Shown: positions 49,222 to 61,200 of the stretch, in pieces
Layout: every line of letters starts with the position of its first letter
How positions within the stretch are numbered: the first letter of the stretch is position 1
Origin: Lingula anatina
Taxonomy: Eukaryota > Animalia > Brachiopoda
Assembly (NCBI GenBank): GCA_051362555.1
Contig: CM120642.1
Location: 12,090,001 to 12,154,000, forward strand
DNA: 64,000 nt
Direction of reading: 5' to 3'
Notes under the pieces: model-generated
What the model saw: only the letters and a program-made list of their open reading frames with translations
Database searches by the model: none
What the model was told of the DNA's origin: nothing
Made by a program: the position numbers and the translations under genes

Positions 49222-52200
49222 TTACCAAAATCACTCAAAATCACCCAAAAATGACCCGTCACCAATTTTTCCAAAATGTGATGAAAATCAATCTACCACA
49301 CCTGTCATTCATAAAAAATGTGGAAACGCGCCCAGATCACTTCATTAAAGCCCCCAATTTCAGCTTTAAGGATTGCCAAAAAGCACACCTGAGAACAGGA
49401 TTTGGAGAGGGGGGGGGGGGTGGAGAGAGTTTTTGCTCTATTTCTTCCTTAATAATGACACAACCACTCTTCCAGCACTTTTTTCTGACTACAAATGACC
49501 AAACACACCTACCAGACACTATAATGAAGAAAAAAAATTTTCAACCCTACCTGGCCAAAATTGAAGAAAACTGCCATATCCGAACCTTACGAAAATCACT
49601 CACAATCACCAAAAAATGACCCGTCACCAATTCTTCCAAAAAGTGATGAAAATCAATCTACCACACCTGTCATTCATAAAAAATGTGGAAACGCGCCCGG
49701 ATCACTTCATTAAAGCCCCCAATTTCAGCTTTAAAGATGGCCAAAAAGCACACCTGAGAACAGGATTTGGAGAGGGGGGGGGGTGGAGAGAGTTTTTGCT
49801 CTATTTCTTCCTTAATAATGACACAACCACTCTTCCAGCACTTTATTCTGACTACAAATGACCAAACACACCTACCAGACACTATAATGAAGAAAAAAAT
49901 TTTTCAACCCTACCTGGCCAAAATTAAAGAAAACTGCCATATCCGGACCTTACGAAAATCACTCAAAATCACCCAAAAATGACCCGTCACCAATTTTTTC
50001 AAAAAGTGATGAAAATCAATCTACCACACCTGTCATTCATAAAAAATGGGGAAACGCGCCCGGAGCACTTCATTAAAGCCCCCAATTTCAGCTTTAAAGA
50101 TGGCCAAAAAGCACACCTGAGAACAGGATTTGGAGAGAAGGGGGGTGGAGAGAGTTTTTGCTCTATTTCTTCCTTAATAATGACACAACCACTCTTCCAG
50201 CACTTTATTCTGACTACAAATGACCAAACACACCTACCAGACACTATAATGAAGAAAAAAATTTTTCAACCCTTCCTGGCCAAAATTGAAGAAAACTGCC
50301 ATATCCGAACCTTACGAAAATCACTCAAAATCACCCAAAAATGACCCGTCACCAAATTTTCCAAAAAGTGATAAAAATCAATCTACCACACCTGTCATTC
50401 ATAAAAAATGGGGAAACGTGCCCGGATCACTTCATTAAAGCCCCCAATTTCAGCTTTAAAGATGGCCAAAAAGCACACATGAGAACAGGATTTGGAGAGA
50501 GGTGGGGTGGAGAGAGTTTTTGCTCTATTTCTTCCTTAATAATGACACAACCACTCTTCCAGCACTTTATTCTGACTACAAATGACCAAACACACCTACC
50601 AGACACTATAATGAAGAAAAAAATTTTTCAACCCTACCTGGCCAAAATTGAAGAAAACTGCCATATCCGGACATTACGAAAATCACTCAAAATCAACCAA
50701 AAATGACCCGTCACCAATTTTTCCAAAAAGTGATAAAAATCAATCTACCACACCTGTCATTCATAAAAAATGGGGAAACATGCCCGGACCACTTCATTAA
50801 AGCCCCCAATTATAGCTTTAAAGATGGCCAAAAAAGCACACCTGAGAACAGGATTTGGAGAGACGGGGGGTGGAGAGAGTTTTTGCTCTATTTCTTCCTT
50901 AATAATGACACAACCACTCTTCCAGCACTTTATTCTGACTACAAATGACCAAACACACCTACCTGACACTATAATGAAGAAAAAAATTTTTCAACCCAAC
51001 CTGGCCAAAATTGAAGAAAACTGCCATATCCGGACCTTACGAAAATCACTCAAAATCACCCAAAAATGACCCGTCACCAAATTTTCCAAAAAGTGATGAA
51101 AATCAATCTACCGCACCTGTCATTCATAAAAAATGTGGAAACGCGCCCGGATCACTTCATTAAAGCCTCAATTTCAGCTTTAAAGATGGTCAAAAAGCAC
51201 ACCTGAGAACAGGATTTGGAGAGAGGGGGGGTGGAGAGAGTTTTTGCTCTATTTCTTCCTTAATAATGACACAACTACTCTTCCAGCACTTTATTCTGAC
51301 TACAAATGACCAAACACACCTACCAGACACTATAATGAAGAAAAAAATTTTTCAACCCTACCTGGCCAAAATTGAAGAAAACTGCCATATCCGGACCTTA
51401 CGAAAATCACTCAAAATCACCCAAAAATGACCCGTCACCAAATTTTCCAAAAAGTGATGAAAATCAATCTACCACACCTGTCATTCATAAAAAATGTGGA
51501 AACGCGCCCGGATCACTTCATTAAAGCCCCCAATTTCAGCTTTAAAGATGGCCAAAAAGCACACCTGAGAACAGGATTTGGAGAGAGGGGGGATGGAGAG
51601 AGTTTTTGCCCTATTTCTTCCTTAATAATGACACAACCACTCTTCCAGCACTTTATTCTGACTACAAATGACCAAACACACCTACCAGACACTATAATGA
51701 AGAAAAAAATTTTTCAACCCTACCTGGCCAAAATTGAAGAAAACTGCCATATCCGGACCTTACGAAAATCACTCAAAATCACCCAAAAATGACCCGTCAC
51801 CAAATTTTCCAAAAAGTGATGAAAATCAATCTACCACACCTGTCATTCATAAAAAATGTGGAAACGTGCCCGGATCACTTCATTAAAGCCCCCAATTTCA
51901 GCTTTAAAGATGGCCAAAAAGCACACCTGAGAACAGGATTTGGAGAGAGGGGGGGTGGAGAGAGTTTTTGCTCTATTTCTTCCTTAATAATGACACAACC
52001 ACTCTTCCAGCACTTTATTCTGACTACAAATGACCAAACACACCTACCAGACACTATAATGAAGAAAAAAATTTTTCAACCCTACCTGGCCAAAATTGAA
52101 GAAAACTGCCATATCCGGACCTTACGAAAATCACTCAAAATCACCCAAAAATGACCCGTCACCAAATTTTCCAAAAAGTGATGAAAATCAATCTACCACA

Positions 52201-55200
52201 CCTGTCATTCATAAAAAATGGGGAAACGCGCCCGGATCACTTCATTAAAGCCCCCAATTTCAGCTTTAAAGATGGCCAAAAAGCACACCTGAGAACAGGA
52301 TTTGGAGAGAGGGGGGGTGGAGAGAGTTTTTGCTCTATTTCTTCCTTAATAATGACACAACCACTCTTCCAGCACTTTATTCTGACTACAAATGACCAAA
52401 CACACCTACCAGACACTATAATGAAGAAAAAAATTTTTCAACCCTACCTGGCCAAAATTGAAGAAAACTGCCATATCCGGACCTTACGAAAATCACTCAA
52501 AATCACCCAAAAATGACCCGTCACCAAATTTTCCAAAAAGTGATGAAAATCAATCTACCACACCTGTCATTCATAAAAAATGTGGAAACGCGCCCGGATC
52601 ACTTCATTAAAGCCCCCAATTTCAGCTTTAAAGATGGCCAAAAAGCACACCTGAGAACAGGATTTGGAGAGAGGGGGGGTGGAGAGAGTTTTTGCTCTAT
52701 TTCTTCCTTAATAATGACACAACCACTCTTCCAGCACTTTATTCTGACTACAAATGACCAAACACACCTACCAGACACTATAATGAAGAAAAAAATTTTT
52801 CAACCCTACCTGGCCAAAATTGAAGAAAACTGCCATATCCGGACCTTACGAAAATCACTCAAAATCACCCAAAAATGACCCGTCACCAAATTTTCCAAAA
52901 AGTGATGAAAATCAATCTACCACACCTGTCATTCATAAAAAATGTGGAAACGCGCCCGGATCACTTCATTAAAGCCCCCAATTTCAGCTTTAAAGATGGC
53001 CAAAAAGCACACCTGAGAACAGGATTTGGAGAGAGGGGGGGTGGAGAGAGTTTTTGCTCTATTTCTTCCTTAATAATGACACAACCACTCTTCCAGCACT
53101 TTATTCTGACTACAAATGACCAAACACACCTACCAGACACTATAATGAAGAAAAAAATTTTTCAACCCTACCTGGCCAAAATTGAAGAAAACTGCCATAT
53201 CCGGACCTTACGAAAATCACTCAAAATCACCCAAAAATGACCCGTCACCAAATTTTCCAAAAAGTGATGAAAATCAATCTACCACACCTGTCATTCATAA
53301 AAAATGTGGAAACGCGCCCGGATCACTTCATTAAAGCCCCCAATTTCAGCTTTAAAGATGGCCAAAAAGCACACCTGAGAACAGGATTTGGAGAGAGGGG
53401 GGGTGGAGAGAGTTTTTGCTCTATTTCTTCCTTAATAATGACACAACCACTCTTCCAGCACTTTATTCTGACTACAAATGACCAAACACACCTACCAGAC
53501 ACTATAATGAAGAAAAAAATTTTTCAACCCTACCTGGCCAAAATTGAAGAAAACTGCCATATCCGGACCTTACGAAAATCACTCAAAATCACCCAAAAAT
53601 GACCCGTCACCAAATTTTCCAAAAAGTGATGAAAATCAATCTACCACACCTGTCATTCATAAAAAATGTGGAAACGCGCCCGGATCACTTCATTAAAGCC
53701 CCCAATTTCAGCTTTAAAGATGGCCAAAAAGCACACCTGAGAACAGGATTTGGAGAGAGGGGGGGTGGAGAGAGTTTTTGCTCTATTTCTTCCTTAATAA
53801 TGACACAACCACTCTTCCAGCACTTTATTCTGACTACAAATGACCAAACACACCTACCAGACACTATAATGAAGAAAAAAATTTTTCAACCCTACCTGGC
53901 CAAAATTGAAGAAAACTGCCATATCCGGACCTTACGAAAATCACTCAAAATCACCCAAAAATGACCCGTCACCAAATTTTCCAAAAAGTGATGAAAATCA
54001 ATCTACCACACCTGTCATTCATAAAAAATGTGGAAACGCGCCCGGATCACTTCATTAAAGCCCCCAATTTCAGCTTTAAAGATGGCCAAAAAGCACACCT
54101 GAGAACAGGATTTGGAGAGAGGGGGGGTGGAGAGAGTTTTTGCTCTATTTCTTCCTTAATAATGACACAACCACTCTTCCAGCACTTTATTCTGACTACA
54201 AATGACCAAACACACCTACCAGACACTATAATGAAGAAAAAAATTTTTCAACCCTACCTGGCCAAAATTGAAGAAAACTGCCATATCCGGACCTTACGAA
54301 AATCACTCAAAATCACCCAAAAATGACCCGTCACCAAATTTTCCAAAAAGTGATGAAAATCAATCTACCACACCTGTCATTCATAAAAAATGTGGAAACG
54401 CGCCCGGATCACTTCATTAAAGCCCCCAATTTCAGCTTTAAAGATGGCCAAAAAGCACACCTGAGAACAGGATTTGGAGAGAGGGGGGGTGGAGAGAGTT
54501 TTTGCTCTATTTCTTCCTTAATAATGACACAACCACTCTTCCAGCACTTTATTCTGACTACAAATGACCAAACACACCTACCAGACACTATAATGAAGAA
54601 AAAAATTTTTCAACCCTACCTGGCCAAAATTGAAGAAAACTGCCATATCCGGACCTTACGAAAATAACTCAAAATCACCCAAAAATGACCCGTCACCAAA
54701 TTTTCCAAAAAGTGATGAAAATCAATCTACCACACCTGTCAATTATAAAAAATGTGGAAACGTGCCCGGATCACTTCATTAAAGCCCCCAATTTCAGCTT
54801 TAAAGATGGCCAAAAAGCACACCTGAGAACAGGATTTGGAGAGAGGGGGGGTGGAGAGAGTTTTTGCTCTATTTCTTCCTTAATAATGACACAACCACTC
54901 TTCCAGCACTTTATTCTGACTACAAATGACCAAACACACCTACCAGACACTATAATGAAGAAAAAAATTTTTCAACCCTACCTGGCCAAAATTGAAGAAA
55001 ACTGCCATATCCGGACCTTACGAAAATCACTCAAAATCACCCAAAAATGACCCGTCACCAAATTTTCCAAAAAGTGATGAAAATCAATCTACCACACCTG
55101 TCATTCATAAAAAATGTGGAAACGCGCCCGGATCACTTCATTAAAGCCCCCAATTTCAGCTTTAAAGATGGCCAAAAAGCACACCTGAGAACAGGATTTG

Positions 55201-58200
55201 GAGAGAGGGGGGGTGGAGAGAGTTTTTGCTCTATTTCTTCCTTAATAATGACACAACCACTCTTCCAGCACTTTATTCTGACTACAAATGACCAAACACA
55301 CCTACCAGACACTATAATGAAGAAAAAAATTTTTCAACCCTACCTGGCCAAAATTGAAGAAAACTGCCATATCCGGACCTTACGAAAATAACTCAAAATC
55401 ACCCAAAAATGACCCGTCACCAAATTTTCCAAAAAGTGATGAAAATCAATCTACCACACCTGTCAATTATAAAAAATGTGGAAACGTGCCCGGATCACTT
55501 CATTAAAGCCCCCAATTTCAGCTTTAAAGATGGCCAAAAAGCACACCTGAGAACAGGATTTGGAGAGAGGGGGGGTGGAGAGAGTTTTTGCTCTATTTCT
55601 TCCTTAATAATGACACAACCACTCTTCCAGCACTTTATTCTGACTACAAATGACCAAACACACCTACCAGACACTATAATGAAGAAAAAAATTTTTCAAC
55701 CCTACCTGGCCAAAATTGAAGAAAACTGCCATATCCAGACCTTACGAAAATCACTCAAAATCACCCAAAAATGACCCGTCACCAAATTTTCCAAAAAGTG
55801 ATGAAAATCAATCTACCACACCTGTCATTCATAAAAAATGGGGAAACGCGCCCGGATCACTTCATTAAAGCCCCCAATTTCAGCTTTAAAGATGGCCAAA
55901 AAGCACACCTGAGAACAGGATTTGGAGAGAGGGGGGTGGAGAGAGTTTTTGCTCTATTTCTTCCTTAATAATGACACAACCACTCTTCCAGCACTTTATT
56001 CTGACTACAAATGACCAAACACACCTACCAGACACTATAATGAAGAAAAAAATTTTTCAACCCTACCTGGCCAAAATTGAAGAAAACTGCCCTATCCGGA
56101 CCTTACGAAAATCACTCAAAATCACCCAAAAATGACCCGTCACCAAATTTTCCAAAAAGTGATGAAAATCAATCTACCACACCTGTCATTCATAAAAAAT
56201 GTGGAAACGCGCCCGGATCACTTCATTAAAGCCCCCAATTTCAGCTTTAAAGATGGCCAAAAAGCACACCTGAGAACAGGATTTGGAGAGAGGGGGGGTG
56301 GAGAGAGTTTTTGCTCTATTTCTTCCTTAATAATGACACAACCACTCTTCCAGCACTTTATTCTGACTACAAATGACCAAACACACCTACCAGACACTAT
56401 AATGAAGAAAAAAATTTTTCAACCCTACCTGGCCAAAATTGAAGAAAACTGCCATATCCGGACCTTACGAAAATCACTCAAAATCACCCAAAAATGACCC
56501 GTCACCAAATTTTCCAAAAAGTGATGAAAATCAATCTACCACACCTGTCATTCATAAAAAATGGGGAAACGCGCCCGGATCACTTCATTAAAGCCCCCAA
56601 TTTCAGCTTTAAAGATGGCCAAAAAGCACACCTGAGAACAGGATTTGGAGAGAGGGGGGGTGGAGAGAGTTTTTGCTCTATTTCTTCCTTAATAATGACA
56701 CAACCACTCTTCCAGCACTTTATTCTGACTACAAATGACCAAACACACCTACCAGACACTATAATGAAGAAAAAAATTTTTCAACCCTACCTGGCCAAAA
56801 TTGAAGAAAACTGCCATATCCGGACCTTACGAAAATCACTCAAAATCACCCAAAAATGACCCGTCACCAAATTTTCCAAAAAGTGATGAAAATCAATCTA
56901 CCACACCTGTCATTCATAAAAAATGTGGAAACGCGCCCGGATCACTTCATTAAAGCCCCCAATTTCAGCTTTAAAGATGGCCAAAAAGCACACCTGAGAA
57001 CAGGATTTGGAGAGAGGGGGGGTGGAGAGAGTTTTTGCTCTATTTCTTCCTTAATAATGACACAACCACTCTTCCAGCACTTTATTCTGACTACAAATGA
57101 CCAAACACACCTACCAGACACTATAATGAAGAAAAAAATTTTTCAACCCTACCTGGCCAAAATTGAAGAAAACTGCCATATCCGGACCTTACGAAAATCA
57201 CTCAAAATCACCCAAAAATGACCCGTCACCAAATTTTCCAAAAAGTGATGAAAATCAATCTACCACACCTGTCATTCATAAAAAATGTGGAAACGCGCCC
57301 GGATCACTTCATTAAAGCCCCCAATTTCAGCTTTAAAGATGGCCAAAAAGCACACCTGAGAACAGGATTTGGAGAGAGGGGGGGTGGAGAGAGTTTTTGC
57401 TCTATTTCTTCCTTAATAATGACACAACCACTCTTCCAGCACTTTATTCTGACTACAAATGACCAAACACACCTACCAGACACTATAATGAAGAAAAAAA
57501 TTTTTCAACCCTACCTGGCCAAAATTGAAGAAAACTGCCATATCCGGACCTTACGAAAATAACTCAAAATCACCCAAAAATGACCCGTCACCAAATTTTC
57601 CAAAAAGTGATGAAAATCAATCTACCACACCTGTCAATTATAAAAAATGTGGAAAAGTGCCCGGATCACTTCATTAAAGCCCCCAATTTCAGCTTTAAAG
57701 ATGGCCAAAAAGCACACCTGAGAACAGGATTTGGAGAGAGGGGGGTGGAGAGAGTTTTTGCTCTATTTCTTCCTTAATAATGACACAACCACTCTTCCAG
57801 CACTTTATTCTGACTACAAATGACCAAACACACCTACCAGACACTATAATGAAGAAAAAAATTTTTCAACCCTACCTGGCCAAAATTGAAGAAAACTGCC
57901 ATATCCGGACCTTACGAAAATCACTCAAAATCACCCAAAAATGACCCGTCACCAAATTTTCCAAAAAGTGATGAAAATCAATCTACCACACCTGTCATTC
58001 ATAAAAAATGTGGAAACGCGCCCGGATCACTTCATTAAAGCCCCCAATTTCAGCTTTAAAGATGGCCAAAAAGCACACCTGAGAACAGGATTTGGAGAGA
58101 GGGGGGGTGGAGAGAGTTTTTGCTCTATTTCTTCCTTAATAATGACACAACCACTCTTCCAGCACTTTATTCTGACTACAAATGACCAAACACACCTACC

Positions 58201-61200
58201 AGACACTATAATGAAGAAAAAAATTTTTCAACCCTACCTGGCCAAAATTGAAGAAAACTGCCATATCCGGATCTTACGAAAATAACTCAAAATCACCCAA
58301 AAATGACCCGTCACCAAATTTTCCAAAAAGTGATGAAAATCAATCTACCACACCTGTCAATTATAAAAAATGTGGAAACGTGCCCGGATCACTTCATTAA
58401 AGCCCCCAATTTCAGCTTTAAAGATGGCCAAAAAGCACACCTGAGAACAGGATTTGGAGAGAGGGGGGGTGGAGAGAGTTTTTGCTCTATTTCTTCCTTA
58501 ATAATGACACAACCACTCTTCCAGCACTTTATTCTGACTACAAATGACCAAACACACCTACCAGACACTATAATGAAGAAAAAAATTTTTCAACCCTACC
58601 TGGCCAAAATTGAAGAAAACTGCCATATCCAGACCTTACGAAAATCACTCAAAATCACCCAAAAATGACCCGTCACCAAATTTTCCAAAAAGTGATGAAA
58701 ATCAATCTACCACACCTGTCATTCATAAAAAATGGGGAAACGCGCCCGGATCACTTCATTAAAGCCCCCAATTTCAGCTTTAAAGATGGCCAAAAAGCAC
58801 ACCTGAGAACAGGATTTGGAGAGAGGGGGGTGGAGAGAGTTTTTGCTCTATTTCTTCCTTAATAATGACACAACCACTCTTCCAGCACTTTATTCTGACT
58901 ACAAATGACCAAACACACCTACCAGACACTATAATGAAGAAAAAAATTTTTCAACCCTACCTGGCCAAAATTGAAGAAAACTGCCCTATCCGGACCTTAC
59001 GAAAATCACTCAAAATCACCCAAAAATGACCCGTCACCAAATTTTCCAAAAAGTGATGAAAATCAATCTACCACACCTGTCATTCATAAAAAATGTGGAA
59101 ACGCGCCCGGATCACTTCATTAAAGCCCCCAATTTCAGCTTTAAAGATGGCCAAAAAGCACACCTGAGAACAGGATTTGGAGAGAGGGGGGGTGGAGAGA
59201 GTTTTTGCTCTATTTCTTCCTTAATAATGACACAACCACTCTTCCAGCACTTTATTCTGACTACAAATGACCAAACACACCTACCAGACACTATAATGAA
59301 GAAAAAAATTTTTCAACCCTACCTGGCCAAAATTGAAGAAAACTGCCATATCCGGACCTTACGAAAATCACTCAAAATCACCCAAAAATGACCCGTCACC
59401 AAATTTTCCAAAAAGTGATGAAAATCAATCTACCACACCTGTCATTCATAAAAAATGTGGAAACGCGCCCGGATCACTTCATTAAAGCCCCCAATTTCAG
59501 CTTTAAAGATGGCCAAAAAGCACACCTGAGAACAGGATTTGGAGAGAGGGGGGGTGGAGAGAGTTTTTGCTCTATTTCTTCCTTAATAATGACACAACCA
59601 CTCTTCCAGCACTTTATTCTGACTACAAATGACCAAACACACCTACCAGACACTATAATGAAGAAAAAAATTTTTCAACCCTACCTGGCCAAAATTGAAG
59701 AAAACTGCCATATCCGGACCTTACGAAAATCACTCAAAATCACCCAAAAATGACCCGTCACCAAATTTTCCAAAAAGTGATGAAAATCAATCTACCACAC
59801 CTGTCATTCATAAAAAATGTGGAAACGCGCCCGGATCACTTCATTAAAGCCCCCAATTTCAGCTTTAAAGATGGCCAAAAAGCACACCTGAGAACAGGAT
59901 TTGGAGAGAGGGGGGGTGGAGAGAGTTTTTGCTCTATTTCTTCCTTAATAATGACACAACCACTCTTCCAGCACTTTATTCTGACTACAAATGACCAAAC
60001 ACACCTACCAGACACTATAATGAAGAAAAAAATTTTTCAACCCTACCTGGCCAAAATTGAAGAAAACTGCCATATCCGGACCTTACGAAAATCACTCAAA
60101 ATCACCCAAAAATGACCCGTCACCAAATTTTCCAAAAAGTGATGAAAATCAATCTACCACACCTGTCATTCATAAAAAATGTGGAAACGCGCCCGGATCA
60201 CTTCATTAAAGCCCATAATTTCAGCTTTAAGATGGCCAAAAAGCACACCTGAGAACAGGATTTGGAGAGACGGGGGGTGGAGAGAGTTTTTGCTCTATTT
60301 CTTCCTTAATAATGACACAACCACTCTTCCAGCACTTTATTCTGACTACAAATGACCAAACACACCTACCAGACACTATAATGAAGAAAAAAATTTTTCA
60401 ACCCTACCTGGCCAAAATTGAAGAAAACTGCCATATCCGGACCTTACGAAAATCACTCAAAATCACCCAAAAATGACCCGTCACCAAATTTTCCAAAAAG
60501 TGATGAAAATCAATCTACCACACCTGTCATTCATAAAAAATGTGGAAACGCGCCCGGATCACTTCATTAAAGCCCCCAATTTCAGCTTTAAAGATGGCCA
60601 AAAAGCACACCTGAGAACAGGATTTGGAGAGAGGGGGGGTGGAGAGAGTTTTTGCTCTATTTCTTCCTTAATAATGACACAACCACTCTTCCAGCACTTT
60701 ATTCTGACTACAAATGACCAAACACACCTACCAGACACTATAATGAAGAAAAAAATTTTTCAACCCTACCTGGCCAAAATTGACGAAAACTGCCATATCC
60801 GGACCTTACGAAAATCACTCAAAATCACCCAAAAATGACCCGTCACCAAATTTTCCAAAAAGTGATGAAAATCAATCTACCACACCTGTCATTCATAAAA
60901 AATGTGGAAACGCGCCCGGATCACTTCATTAAAGCCCCCAATTTCAGCTTTAAAGATGGCCAAAAAGCACACCTGAGAACAGGATTTGGAGAGAGGGGGG
61001 TGGAGAGAGTTTTTGCTCTATTTCTTCCTTAATAATGACACAACCACTCTTCCAGCACTTTATTCTGACTACAAATGACCAAACACACCTACCAGACACT
61101 ATAATGAAGAAAAAAGCTTTTCAACCCTACCTGGCCAAAATTGAAGAAAACTGCCATATCCGGACCTTACGAAAATCACTCAAAATCACCCAAAAATGAC

